Source: a virus. From it: DNA of 45,750 nt. A program made the position numbers and the translations under genes. Of the stretch, positions 22,816 through 33,600 are shown piece by piece. Position 1 is the first letter of the stretch. Every line of letters starts with the position of its first letter. The notes beneath the pieces were generated by a model. It did no database searches. It saw nothing but the letters and a program-made list of their open reading frames with translations, and was not told the DNA's origin. The stretch is from the IMG/VR virus record IMGVR_UViG_3300012347_000336; one strand, written 5' to 3'.

Positions 22816-23283
22816 ATGCTTATCGACAAACTCTTGGAGTTCTCTGATGCACAAGCGGTCACCTCGACCGCCATCAGCACGAACGTGATTGACACTGCGC
22901 CTCAGGGCAACGGTGTGAACACAAACACAACCCGCGACCTTGGCAACGGTGAAGACCTGTACTTGGTGGTGATCACTCAAACTGCCGCGACAGACACTAG
23001 CAGCGATGCTACGTTGACCGTGACGCTTGAGTCTGACAGCACCGAAGACTTGGCAACATCGGCTACCACACATTTCAGCACTGGCGCTTTGGCTTTCGCA
23101 GCCTTCTCGCCTGCTGGCACTGTGTTGGCTAAGGTGAAGCTGCCCGCTGGCTCTTACGAGCGCTATGTGGGCGTGCGCTACACCGTGGCTTCTGGCCCGT
23201 TGACTGCTGGTAAGTTCGACGCGTTCTTGACGAACGGTGTTGACTCTCCACGCAGCTACGTTGCTGGCTCGACAATCGTCTAA
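22816..23283 (+). CDS. Capsid decoration/cement-like protein (155 aa)
   Basis: It lies immediately after the capsid gene and has a GGAGG RBS. 'LLEFSDAQAVTSTAIS.NVID...LGNGEDLYLVV...YVGVRYTV...LTAGKFDAFL' resembles jelly-roll cement proteins of BPP-1-like phages. Confidence 0.55.
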   Translation: MLIDKLLEFSDAQAVTSTAISTNVIDTAPQGNGVNTNTTRDLGNGEDLYLVVITQTAATDTSSDATLTVTLESDSTEDLATSATTHFSTGALAFAAFSPAGTVLAKVKLPAGSYERYVGVRYTVASGPLTAGKFDAFLTNGVDSPRSYVAGSTIV

Positions 23284-23292
23284 GGTTAACCC

Positions 23293-23535
23293 GTGAAGTA
23301 CCGCGCTACCCAGCCTGGCTTCATGGGTTTTCGGGTCAAGGTTGGCGATATTGTGGAAATCAACGGAGAACCACCTATCGCCGGTCTTGTGCCAATCGAC
23401 GAACCTGCTGCCGAATCAGCACCAGCCGAAGTGACCGAGAAGCCTGCAAAGGCTCCAAAGAAACAGAAGCAGGCAACACCAGAAGCTGACGCGGAGAAAG
23501 GCCCTGAGCCTGACCCCGTTGGTGACGTGATCTAA
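23293..23535 (+). CDS. Hypothetical protein (80 aa) with a Lys/Pro/Glu-rich tail
   Basis: It has a GTG start after AAGG and ends directly before a strong terminator. Confidence 0.55.
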   Translation: MKYRATQPGFMGFRVKVGDIVEINGEPPIAGLVPIDEPAAESAPAEVTEKPAKAPKKQKQATPEADAEKGPEPDPVGDVI

Positions 23536-23536
23536 G

Positions 23537-23558
23537 AAGGCCCTTCGGGGCCTTTTTT
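23537..23558 (+). terminator. Rho-independent terminator
   Basis: AAGGCCC-ttcg-GGGCCTT stem-loop followed by a T-run (aaggcccttcggggcctttttt). Confidence 0.85.
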
Positions 23559-23571
23559 ACTTGGAGCTCAA

Positions 23572-24144
23572 ATGAAAACATTTCAAAAACCCGCACTGCC
23601 GTTTTTGTACAGCGCTGCGAATGGCGACTTGGCCGGATTCAAAGACCCAGATGGCAGCGAGCAGTTGTTTTTCTTTCAGCCTCGCCTTGGCTTTTTCTAC
23701 AGCACGCAAGACCAGACGGATGGTGGCGCGACCGCTGTGACGTTTAACAACACGGCGTTGTCTCGTGGTGTGTCTGTTGTCGACAGCTCCAAGGTGTATG
23801 TTGATCGTCCTGGCTGGTACGAATTCACGCTGTCGTTGCAGATTCAAAACTCGGACACTTTGGCTCATGGTTTTGACTTGTGGGGCGTGCTTAATGGTCA
23901 GATCATTCCAGACAGCAATTTCTCGTACAGCGTTCAGGCAAGCCATGGCGGAAAGCCTGGGCGTCTTGTGCCAAGCCAGAACTTCTTTCTGCCACTCAAC
24001 GCTGGCGACTATGTGCAGGTGAATTGGGTAACGGACAACGCTGCTGTGACCATTCAGACCACCGCAGCGCAGGTTACACCGACCCGTCCTGTGACGCCTT
24101 CTGTGCTGCTTACGGTCAAGGAAATTGGCAGCTTGGAGGCTTGA
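23572..24144 (+). CDS. Virion-associated protein with a C1q/TNF-like jelly-roll-looking C-terminal half (190 aa)
   Basis: A GGAG RBS precedes it. 'VTFNNTALSRGVSV.DSSKVYVDRPGWYEFTLSLQIQN...LNGQIIPDS...LPLNAGDYVQV' has the pattern seen in C1q/BclA-C-like domains. The assignment is pattern-level only. Confidence 0.4.
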   Translation: MKTFQKPALPFLYSAANGDLAGFKDPDGSEQLFFFQPRLGFFYSTQDQTDGGATAVTFNNTALSRGVSVVDSSKVYVDRPGWYEFTLSLQIQNSDTLAHGFDLWGVLNGQIIPDSNFSYSVQASHGGKPGRLVPSQNFFLPLNAGDYVQVNWVTDNAAVTIQTTAAQVTPTRPVTPSVLLTVKEIGSLEA

Positions 24145-24200
24145 TCTAGACCTGCGGGATTATTGGTGCGAAAATCCTGCCAATCTCAGGAGTTCCGCCC

Positions 24201-24854
24201 ATGGCATCAAAGGTCGAAATCGCAAATCGTGCGCTCACAAAGTTGGGCGCAGACCGCATCCTCTCTCTGGCTGACCAGACCAAAGAGGCCCGCACACTTA
24301 ACTCCATGTTTGACACGGTGTTCTATGCGGAGCTTCGTCGTCACCGTTGGAAGTTTGCCGTCGCTCGCACCACGCTGCCAGCGCTTGTTGCTGCGCCTGC
24401 TTGGGGCTACCAGTACGCATACGCGTTGCCCGCTGACTACTTGGCGCTGATTCAGGTGAACGACATTCGTGTGCGTGCCACCAAGCAGACTGTGCCGTGG
24501 ACTATCGAGGGCGATCAAATCTTGACCGACTTGCCTGCGCCTTTAAAGTTCCGCTACATCAAGAAGGTCACCGAGTTCACGTTGCTCGACCCGTTGTTCG
24601 TTGAGGTGTTTGCCTGCAAGCTGGCACTGGAGTGCTGCGAGACGCTGACCCAGTCAACCCAGAAGCGCCAGCTCGCTGCTGAGGAGTACAACTTTGCAGT
24701 GACTGAGGCTGTGCGCCTTGATGCCATTGAGAACGAACCGGACGAGCTGCCAAACGGCACATGGTTTGATTCACGCGAGAGCAGCTTGGTCTACTCTGGC
24801 ACGGTCATTGATGGCACGTTGATCAACCTCAGCTCTGGCGTGACAGTCGTATGA
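24201..24854 (+). CDS. Tail tubular protein A-like (T7 gp11 position; 217 aa)
   Basis: 'IANRALTKLGADRILSLADQTKEARTLNSMFDTVFYAELRRHRWKFA' is a pattern common in podovirus gp11-like adaptor proteins. Its size and position match T7 gp11. Confidence 0.6.
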   Translation: MASKVEIANRALTKLGADRILSLADQTKEARTLNSMFDTVFYAELRRHRWKFAVARTTLPALVAAPAWGYQYAYALPADYLALIQVNDIRVRATKQTVPWTIEGDQILTDLPAPLKFRYIKKVTEFTLLDPLFVEVFACKLALECCETLTQSTQKRQLAAEEYNFAVTEAVRLDAIENEPDELPNGTWFDSRESSLVYSGTVIDGTLINLSSGVTVV

Positions 24855-27064
24855 GCAAGGCTTCACCCGCAATCACGAACTTCAACTCTGGCGAGTTCTC
24901 GCCTTTGTTGGAGGGCCGCATTGACTTCGAGCGTTATGCCAACGGCTGCGTGTTGGTGGAGAACTGGATTCCAACAGTTCAAGGCCCTGCCATCCGTCGT
25001 GCTGGCACGCGCTATGTGTCGTCTGTCAAAACAGCGGCCAACAAGGTTCACCTTCACCCGTTCGAGTACTCGGCAGAGATTGCTTACGTCATCGAGTTTG
25101 GCGATCAGTACATCCGGTTCTACACAAACAACGGCCAGCTAGTTTCTGGCGGCTCACCCGTTGAGGTTGCCACGCCCTACACGCAGGCCAACTTGTTCAA
25201 CGCCGACGGCACTTGTCGTTTGCGCTTTGCTCAGTCTGGCGACTTCTTGTACATCACGCATCCGCTGTATCAGCCGCGCGTGCTCAAACGCACTAGCTCC
25301 ACCACTTTCACGCTTGACTTGTTCGAGGCAAAAGGTGGCCCGTTCATGGGCACCAATCCTGACGAGACCGTGACGGTGTACGGCTCTGGCGAGACTGGTT
25401 CGATCACGTTGACCGCTTCGTCTTCGATCTTCCAGTCTGGCCACGTTGGTTCGCTGTTCTACCTTGAGGCTAAGAACGTGGACTCGATCGCGGCTTGGGA
25501 GGTCAACAAGGCGATCGCCGCAACTGGCGTGCGTCGTCGTTCGGACAGCAAGTACTACGAAGCCATGACCACTGGTACCGGTGGCACGGTCAAGCCTGTG
25601 CATTCGTCTGGTGAGCGCTACGACGGCGACCCTGGCATCTTGTGGGCCTTCCGTGACGCTGGCTTTGGTTTGGTCAAGATCACCGGCTACACGTCCGGCA
25701 CTTCTGTTTCTGCCACTGTGCTTTCTCGCTTGCCTGCTGGCTGCGTTGGTTCTGGCAATGCCACCAACCGATGGTCGCATGGCTCGTGGTCTGCCGTTGA
25801 GGGCTGGCCTTCGTCTGTGGCGTTCTTCCGTGAGCGCCTGTGCTTTGCTCGTGGCCAGCGCGTGTGGATGTCTGTGTCTGCTGACTTCTCTGACTTCTCT
25901 GCGCAAAACGACGCGGGCGAAATCACGACCGACATGGCTGTGTCCATCGAGGTTGCAAGTGGCGAGGTAAACGACATTCAATGGCTGCACCCTGATAAGC
26001 AACTGATTGCCGGTACCGCTGGTGGCGAGTTTGCTGTCGGTGAGTTGTCAAACGGTGACCCGCTTGGGCCAGACAACGTGCAGGCCGTATTGCAGTCTCG
26101 CTTCGGCGTTCGTGCGTTGCAGCCCGTGTCGGCTGGTAGCTCTGCGCTGTTCGTCATGCGTGCTGGTTTGAAGCTGCGCGAGTTCACGTTTGACTCTTTG
26201 GATTCTGCGCTCAAGGCTGCGGACGTCACCACAATCTCCGAGCACATCACCACTGGTGGCGTGATCGACATGGACTATGCCAGCGACCCCAATTCTGTTG
26301 TGTGGTGCGTGCGTGCCGACGGTTTGCTGCTTGGTTTCACTTGGAACAACGAGGAGCAGGTCAAGGGCTGGCACCGTCATCAGCTTGGTGGCGATGGCAA
26401 GGTTGAATCGGTGGCTGTGATTCCTCGCCCTGACGGCACTGGTGATCAGACATGGATGAGCGTGCGTCGCACAATCAACGGGGCCACCAAGCGCTACATT
26501 GAGTTTTTGGAGAACCCGATCAGCTATGCAGCCGACCAGAAAGACGCGTTTTATGTGGACAGCGGACTCACCTACTCTGGTACCGCTGCGACCACGATTA
26601 GTGGCCTGTCCCATCTTGAGGGCGCAACTGTTGACGTATTGGCCGACGGCGCGACGCATCCGCAGGTGGTCGTTACTTCTGGCGCTATCACGTTGCAGGT
26701 GTCAGCATCAAAGGTGCAAGTTGGACTGCCATGCCCAGCCAAGTTAAAGACTGTGCGTCTTGAGGCTGGCTCGCAGGACGGCACGTCGCAGGGTAAAACA
26801 AAGCGCATTCACAAGGTGGCTTTTCGCTTGCTCATGTCTGGCACCATCAAGGTCGGGCCAAACGCCAACACGACGCAGCTCGTTGAGTTCCGCACGCCAG
26901 ACAACGCCATGACCTTGGCCGTGCCGTTGTTCACTGGCGACAAACTGGTGTCATGGCCTTCTAGCTACGAGACCGAGGCGCAAATCTTTGTGATGGTCGA
27001 TCAGCCAACGCCTTGCACGTTGGTGGCCATCTACCCGCAAATCGTGACGCAGGATGCGCGATGA
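24851..27064 (+). CDS. Tail tubular protein B-like / nozzle (T7 gp12 position; 737 aa)
   Basis: It is ATGA-coupled to the gp11-like gene. The N-terminus is 'ITNFNSGEFSPLLEGRIDFERYANGC..VENWIPTVQGPAIRRAGTRYV'. Its size and position match gp12. Confidence 0.6.
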   Translation: MSKASPAITNFNSGEFSPLLEGRIDFERYANGCVLVENWIPTVQGPAIRRAGTRYVSSVKTAANKVHLHPFEYSAEIAYVIEFGDQYIRFYTNNGQLVSGGSPVEVATPYTQANLFNADGTCRLRFAQSGDFLYITHPLYQPRVLKRTSSTTFTLDLFEAKGGPFMGTNPDETVTVYGSGETGSITLTASSSIFQSGHVGSLFYLEAKNVDSIAAWEVNKAIAATGVRRRSDSKYYEAMTTGTGGTVKPVHSSGERYDGDPGILWAFRDAGFGLVKITGYTSGTSVSATVLSRLPAGCVGSGNATNRWSHGSWSAVEGWPSSVAFFRERLCFARGQRVWMSVSADFSDFSAQNDAGEITTDMAVSIEVASGEVNDIQWLHPDKQLIAGTAGGEFAVGELSNGDPLGPDNVQAVLQSRFGVRALQPVSAGSSALFVMRAGLKLREFTFDSLDSALKAADVTTISEHITTGGVIDMDYASDPNSVVWCVRADGLLLGFTWNNEEQVKGWHRHQLGGDGKVESVAVIPRPDGTGDQTWMSVRRTINGATKRYIEFLENPISYAADQKDAFYVDSGLTYSGTAATTISGLSHLEGATVDVLADGATHPQVVVTSGAITLQVSASKVQVGLPCPAKLKTVRLEAGSQDGTSQGKTKRIHKVAFRLLMSGTIKVGPNANTTQLVEFRTPDNAMTLAVPLFTGDKLVSWPSSYETEAQIFVMVDQPTPCTLVAIYPQIVTQDAR

Positions 27065-27495
27065 TTCGAGTTGTGAAGATGAAGCCTCACCACTTGCAGG
27101 AGCTGCGCTTGCAGCCGATGCAGGAGGGGCTTTCGGCGACAATCAGGGACGACGCTTATGCGCAGTCCTTGGCCGAGACGGACTATGCGTTTGCTGTTCT
27201 TGCTGACGGCAAGGTCATCGCGTGTGCTGGTTGCCTTGAGATGTGGGAGAACCGCGCGTATGCGTGGTCGATGATTTCAAAAGACGCAGGGCCTCATTTC
27301 TTTGGGTTCTTGCGCGTGGTGGATGGCTTTTTAAAGCAGGCCCCATGGCGCAGGATTGAGGCCGCTGTGCAGTCAGATTTTGTGCAGGCGCATCGCATGA
27401 TCCGCTTGCTTGGTTTCGAGTTCGAGGGCTGCATGCGTGCGTTCTCGGTCGATGGTGTGGATAACGATCTTTACGCGAGGGTGCGACATGGCTGA
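27061..27495 (+). CDS. gp13-position protein with a GNAT-like fold signature (144 aa)
   Basis: The ATG at 27061 forms an ATGA overlap. '...RRIEAAVQSDFVQAHRMIRLLGFEFEG' resembles the acetyltransferase-fold C-terminal beta-alpha-beta unit. Its size and position match T7 gp13. Confidence 0.5.
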   Translation: MIRVVKMKPHHLQELRLQPMQEGLSATIRDDAYAQSLAETDYAFAVLADGKVIACAGCLEMWENRAYAWSMISKDAGPHFFGFLRVVDGFLKQAPWRRIEAAVQSDFVQAHRMIRLLGFEFEGCMRAFSVDGVDNDLYARVRHG

Positions 27496-28063
27496 TCCGG
27501 TAACGTTAATGCTGATCGCTGGTGGCATGCAGGCCGTCGGCGCAATACAACAAGGCAAAGCTCAGGCTGCTCAGCTTGAAAGCCAAGCCCGTGCTGATGA
27601 CTACAACGCTCAGATTCAAGCGAATCAAGCGGAAGAGACTGCACGTCAGGCTGGCCAACGCGAGGACTTGCAGCGTCGTCAGGCGCGTGCATTGATTGGC
27701 AAGCAAGTGGCCGGCACGGCTCAGGCTGGCATCAAGATGACCGGCTCTGCGCTGGACTTGTTGAATCAGTCTTACAAGGCGTCTGAGGAGGATGCGCTTG
27801 CGATTCGCTACGAGGGTGAGCTGAATCGTCAGGGTTTGCTGCAACAGTCTGAGCTGACCAAGTTTCAGGCTGCGTCTAATCGTTCGGCTGCTTCGTCCAC
27901 GATGAAGAACGCGTACTTGTCTGCCGCCACATCGATGGCGTCGGCTTATGCTTACACGAAGATGCCAGGCATAACGACGCCTGCTGGCTCCACCGGTACC
28001 GGCTTGAAGTCCGCTGGCTCGATGGGCTTTAAACCAACAGGCGGCATTGGCTTGCGCTACTAA
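27488..28063 (+). CDS. Internal virion protein, gp14 position (191 aa)
   Basis: The ATG at 27488 overlaps the upstream stop. It has an N-terminal hydrophobic helix (VTLMLIAGGMQAVGAI) followed by a Gln/Ala-rich coiled coil. Its size matches T7 gp14. Confidence 0.55.
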   Translation: MADPVTLMLIAGGMQAVGAIQQGKAQAAQLESQARADDYNAQIQANQAEETARQAGQREDLQRRQARALIGKQVAGTAQAGIKMTGSALDLLNQSYKASEEDALAIRYEGELNRQGLLQQSELTKFQAASNRSAASSTMKNAYLSAATSMASAYAYTKMPGITTPAGSTGTGLKSAGSMGFKPTGGIGLRY

Positions 28064-28072
28064 GGATAGAAG

Positions 28073-30673
28073 ATGGCAACAATTCCAGTTTATGAACGAC
28101 GCGTCCTGCCTTCTGGCGTTGGCGTGACACCGCGTGCCCAAGGTGCGCAGGTTGCTTCGACGGGTCAGGCTGTGGCGAACATGGGCCGAGCTCTTGGCCA
28201 GTTTGCCGAGCAGGAGATGGAAGACCGAGGCGCTCTTGAGGCGTCCAACGCTTTGTCAAAGGGCGACCTGCAATGGCGCGATCAGTTCACCGCGCGTGCG
28301 AACGAGTGGAAGCCTGGCGATCCTGACCTGCGCGAGCAGATCGGCAAGGAGTTCGATACTTGGACGCAAGAGACCGCTGGCAAGCTGCCGACCCGCAAGG
28401 CGCAGATGTATTTCCAGCAGAACGCTATCTCGATGAAGAACCGGCTCGACCGCGATGCCTTCATGCATCAAGAGCGCACGATCACCAATTCTGTTTTGCA
28501 ATCGACCGACGAGGGCATGCAGGCTGACATTCAGTTGGTGTTTGCTGACCCGAATCGTCGCGAGGAAATCGTCAAGCGTCGCGTGGCCACCATTGAGGCC
28601 GTTGGCCGAATCCCACCGGACAAGCGTCGCGAGATTTCGTTGAAGTTCATTGAGCAGGCCAACATGGCCGCTGAACAGTCCGAGCTTGCTGCCGACCCGT
28701 CTGGCTACTATTCGCGTCGTTTTGGCCGCATGGCTGTCGATGGCGCTGGCGCTTCTGGCGGATTCAACCATTCGATCGACATGCTACTCAAGTCCGAGGG
28801 TGGCTATGTCAGCGCCGACGGCACTTCTGGCGCTCCGGCCAACTTTGGCATCAATCAAAAATTCAACCCCGACATTGACGTCAAGTCGTTGACCCGCGAG
28901 AAGGCTGTCGAAATCTACAAGCAGCGCTACTGGGACAAGATCAACGGCGACGCGATGCCTCCTGAGCTGCAAGCGACCGCCATGGATGCTGCGGCCAATC
29001 AGGGCGTGGCTAATGCGAACAAGTGGATTGCTGAATCTGGTGGTGACCCTGTGCGCTTCAATGAGTTGCGTCGCGCTCACTACGAGTCGTTGATCGCGTC
29101 TGGCAAGTACACGGAGGCCGAGGGCAAGTCTTGGATGCGTCGCTTGGGAATCCACGAGAAAGCTGCCAACGGTGCGCTGCCGTCCGAAGATGACGCGGTC
29201 ATGGGCACGTCGCCTGGCTCGTTCATGGCGCTGCCCTACGAGAAGCGTTTGCAGTTGCGTCGTGCGGCTGATTCGGCCATCAAGCAAAACACAGCGGTGG
29301 CTGCGCAGGCTTTGCGTGGCCGATTGGCTGATTCGTCGGCCATGGCGCGTGACGGCATTCGTGACCCCAACCCGTTGACGCCCGAGTCGTTTGCTCCGCT
29401 TGGTGCTGATGCCACCATGGCGTACACCGAGTACGCTCGCACGCAGCAGTTGGCCACGGACGTTGCCGCGTTTAAGGGCTCCAACAATTCAACGCTTGAG
29501 GCTGTGGCTTCTGGTGGTGTGGTTCGTGCCGTTGCTGGTGCTGGGTACGCCGCTGAGGACGCCCGCGACAAGATTCGCCAACAAGCGGCTGCATCGATCT
29601 TGCAGCAGCGCAATGCCGACCCTGCTGGCTACGTCTCGAAAAACGTTCCGTCTGTCACCGAGTCCATGCGCACCATGCTGTCGGCCAAAACGCCCGAGGA
29701 GCAAGCTGCCGCAACGCAGAGCTTTGCCCGTGAGACGCTGGCCGCTCAGACCAACATGGGTGTTCGTGAGCCTCGCATCTTGTCGAAGGCTGCGGTTGAT
29801 GATCTTGGCACGCGTATTGCCAGCGGCAAGGAATCCGCCGCCGACCTGACTGCTGCGCTTGAGTCGCAATATGGCAAGCAGTACTTTCCGCAAGTTATGC
29901 GTGAGCTCATGAAGGACAGCAAGTTGCCGCCTGCCATGATGATCATTCCAGACCTGCCGTCTGCTGATGCTCGCGAGACCGTTTCTCGACTGTCGGCCAT
30001 GAAGCGTTCGGACTTGGATGCTGGCGTTGACGCGTCGATGATCAAGGACATCAAGGCCAAGGTCACAGACCACATCGCCGAGTTCCGCTTGTCTGCTGGC
30101 CCAATCGGCAAGGTCGGCGCTGAGCAAATGTCGGCGTATCAGGAAACCATGGAGCGCATCGCGATTGACTTTGCTGCCCGTGGTGTGCATAAAAACGGAG
30201 GCGCTGCGGCTGATGCTGCGCGTCAAATGCTGATTGGCAAGTACCAATTCGACGGCACATTGCGCATGCCTGCTGGCGTCAATTCTGGCGCTGTGACTGG
30301 TGGCCTGAGCAAGACTTTGCAGACAACGGTGCTGCCTGCGCTGACTGAGGCCGATGTGCCTGCTGATACGACTGGTGCTCGAACCGGTACCGAGGCGCTG
30401 ATCGAGTGGCGCAATTCTGTGGCTTCGCGTCATTTTTGGCTTGCAAACAACGACACCACGGCTGCTCAGTTGTGGGTCAAGGGTAAGAACGGCGAGTTCT
30501 TCCGCGTGATGCAGGGTGGCCAGCAGGTTGAGGTTCCGTTTGAATCTGCAACAGACATGTCTTCTTTGGCCGCTCAGCCGCATAATAGGGCCAGAATTGC
30601 TCAGCGCACCTACCGCGAATCTTTGGCGGTTGGCTCGCGCAAGATCGAGCAGCAAATGCAACAGGCTAAATAA
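28073..30673 (+). CDS. Internal virion protein (gp15 position) with an embedded GH108-like muramidase domain
   Basis: Residues about 230-345 read 'IDMLLKSEGGYVSADGTSGAPANFGINQKF...AVEIYKQRYWDKI...ELQATAMDAAANQGVANANKWI', which matches the glycoside hydrolase 108 pattern (EGGY catalytic box). Confidence 0.7.
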   Translation: MATIPVYERRVLPSGVGVTPRAQGAQVASTGQAVANMGRALGQFAEQEMEDRGALEASNALSKGDLQWRDQFTARANEWKPGDPDLREQIGKEFDTWTQETAGKLPTRKAQMYFQQNAISMKNRLDRDAFMHQERTITNSVLQSTDEGMQADIQLVFADPNRREEIVKRRVATIEAVGRIPPDKRREISLKFIEQANMAAEQSELAADPSGYYSRRFGRMAVDGAGASGGFNHSIDMLLKSEGGYVSADGTSGAPANFGINQKFNPDIDVKSLTREKAVEIYKQRYWDKINGDAMPPELQATAMDAAANQGVANANKWIAESGGDPVRFNELRRAHYESLIASGKYTEAEGKSWMRRLGIHEKAANGALPSEDDAVMGTSPGSFMALPYEKRLQLRRAADSAIKQNTAVAAQALRGRLADSSAMARDGIRDPNPLTPESFAPLGADATMAYTEYARTQQLATDVAAFKGSNNSTLEAVASGGVVRAVAGAGYAAEDARDKIRQQAAASILQQRNADPAGYVSKNVPSVTESMRTMLSAKTPEEQAAATQSFARETLAAQTNMGVREPRILSKAAVDDLGTRIASGKESAADLTAALESQYGKQYFPQVMRELMKDSKLPPAMMIIPDLPSADARETVSRLSAMKRSDLDAGVDASMIKDIKAKVTDHIAEFRLSAGPIGKVGAEQMSAYQETMERIAIDFAARGVHKNGGAAADAARQMLIGKYQFDGTLRMPAGVNSGAVTGGLSKTLQTTVLPALTEADVPADTTGARTGTEALIEWRNSVASRHFWLANNDTTAAQLWVKGKNGEFFRVMQGGQQVEVPFESATDMSSLAAQPHNRARIAQRTYRESLAVGSRKIEQQMQQAK

Positions 30674-30681
30674 GAGGCTCC

Positions 30682-33600
30682 ATGACCCTTTACTTCGATC
30701 AAGGCGGTACCGACCGCGTCACACTTCAAGACATCGAGCCTTCGTTTGGCACAAAGATGGGCGCTGCCGTCGATGAGGCTTGGCTTGAGTCGTATGGGCC
30801 GACCGCTGTTGATTGGGTAAACAAGAAGCGCCAGCAGGGCGAGCCGTTGTCTGCTGTTGCCGCTGCTGACAAAATCAAAGGCTCCGGCCTTGCTGTGTCT
30901 TTGAAGCCCAAGGACAACGAGTACACCGACGCCCAGCTTGATGTGGTTCTTGGCCGTCAGCGCGAGTTGACCGTTGCCAAGGACATTCGCGACCGCACGC
31001 CTTGGGACATGGGCTCTGCCGTGCGTGGTGTTGCCATGTTTGGTGCTGGCATTGCTGACCCTGTCAACTTGGCCACCGCGTTTGTCCCATGGACTCGTGC
31101 TGTCGGTGCTGCACGCGGCCTTGAGGCCGCTCGCTTGTCATCGTCTGCGCTGACCCGCTTTGGTGGCCGTGCTGGCTTGGGTGCGATTGATGCTGGCATT
31201 TCGACTGCCGCGCTTGAGCCGCTTTATGCTGGCATGCGTCGCAGCTTGGGTGACGACTATGACGCCATGGATTCTGTGGCAAACATCGCATTTGGCACTG
31301 CCTTTGGTGGCGGTGTGCTTGGCGTTGGTGGTGTGGGCGTGGACGCGTTCAGACAGGCCACAGGGCGTGCGTTGCCGTCCGCTAGGTTCAAAGGTATGTC
31401 CACGGACGATATCGAGCTTGTAACCGGCTTAGAGCGCGAAATTGCTGCTGGCATGGATGCTCGCGACGTTGCGCGTGTGCTGGAGACCTATTCGCCCGAG
31501 ATGCGCAAGTCTATGGGTTTTCCTGATGCCGATGCAACGCTAGACGTTGTTGTGCCTCCTGCTGGCATGGTGACCGGCAACGACGCCCGAGTGAAGGTTG
31601 GCGAGGTGTACGAGCCTGCGCAATGGGCCGTGGTCGATGCCGACCAGCTCACCGCCACGATCGACAAAGCCGACAACCAATTCCGCGACCGCAATCGTGC
31701 CGCTTATCAGGCCGAGCTGCAAACCCGCGCAAACAACCTAGACCCATCCTTGCTGCTGTCTGTGGATAACCCGCTGATGGACGTTGGCACGCCAACCATT
31801 GCAGTCGATGGCCGCATCATTGGTGGCAATGGCCGCACGCTGTTCATCCAACGCGCCTATGAAATCGGCAAGGGTGAAGACTACCGTGCCGCCTTATTGG
31901 CCAAGCTGACCGAGCTCGGCATCGACCCTGCGCAGGCTGAGGGCATCAAACGCCCAGTGCTCGTGCGTCGCTTCACGCGTCAGGTTGACGTCAAGAAGGC
32001 CGCGATGCTCTCCAACGAGGGTGGCTCCACTGCTATGTCTGCGCTGGAGCAGGCCAAGGTGGACGCTGAGCGCTTGTCGAACATCCGTCTGGAGGCTGAC
32101 GCCGACGGCAACTTCAACGTGGCGGGCAATCGTGCTGGCATCCGTCGCTGGCTTGAGGCTGTGCCGGACGGTGAGCGCAATGAGTTGATGTCTGCCGATG
32201 GCATGCTGTCGTCTGCTGGTTTGCAGCGCTTGCGCAACGCTTCCCTGTTTCGTGCCTATGGTGATTCGCCTGTGCTGGAGCGTTTGGTCGAATCGACGAA
32301 CGTTGGCAGTCGCAACGTTGCCTCTGCGCTGGCTCGTACTGTTGGCGTTGTTGCCGACGCTGAGGCTGGCATTGGCCGTGGTGAGCTGTACCCGTTGTCG
32401 ATCTCTGACGACATTCGCATGGCTGTTGAGCAATTTGAAAACCTGCGCCAGATGGCCATGCCGGTTGACGCCTACCTTGCCCAGCAGGACGCCTTGGGCG
32501 ACGCGCTGACCGGTGAGGCCCGTTTGCTTTTGAGTGTGATTGGCCGTCATGTGGCCAGCTCTCGCCGCATTGCCGACGTGATTTCTGGTTACTACGACCG
32601 CGTGCAAGACCTGGGCAACCCGTCGCAGGCTGACATTTTTGGCGACGTGATGACGCCCGACAAGCTGCGCATGCTGCAAGATTCGATCGACGAGATGGAG
32701 TCGCGCATGGACAACGCTGCCGAGGTAGTCGAGAAGGTCGAGCCAGAAACGCGTGAGGCCGCAATGCGTGCTGGAATCGCCCAGATGGCTGATGGCCGCG
32801 TGGTGGACGTTGAGGCGATCATCAAGACTGACCCAGCCGCTGGTGGCACTGCCACGGCTCAGGACTTACAGTCTGCTGCGGCTCGCAATCAAGCGCCGGA
32901 GTCTTTGCGTGTTGCTGACTTTGAGGCCAGTGGCGCAATTGACGCCGAGAATGCTACGGCTCCTAAGTGGTCTGGCGTTGCTGACGCTCAGGCTGCTATG
33001 GATGAGGCCGACGCCATGTTGGCCGACACGCTCAAGGCTGGCGATCAAGCGTTCAAGTACTCGCGCGGTGAAGCTCCTGGCCAGAAGAAGGCCACCGTGT
33101 GGCAGGGCACCACTGCCCGCTTTGCTGCCGAGCCAAACAACCCGCTTGGCATGTTCCGCTGGGACAAGATTAACAGCGAGTTCGGCGAGCAGGCGCAGGC
33201 GTTTGGCTATGGCCACTACCTTGCTCAGCAGGCTTGGGTTTCGCAGACGCGGTACCGTCAGCGCTTGACCGAGCGCCGGTTAAGTCAGGGCCGCTCGTAT
33301 GAGGTTTCTGATGGTGCTGGTGGCACGATGATCTTGAACATGATCACCAGCGCCAAGGCCTTTACATTGGCTGACGGCACGGTTGTTCACCGAGACCAAA
33401 AGAACCCAGCTATGGCCGCTAAGGCTGCTGCAATTTATCAAGTGCGCGAGTTTGGCTATGAGGGTGCTGAAATTAGCTTTCGTCGGCGAATCCAAGAAAT
33501 TGAAAATTCGATTGCAAATGAAACGTCTCCGTCAATGGCCGCTCGCATGCGTGGCGATCTTGCCGACGTTCGCGTCCGCTTGCGTGCAATTTATGACGTG

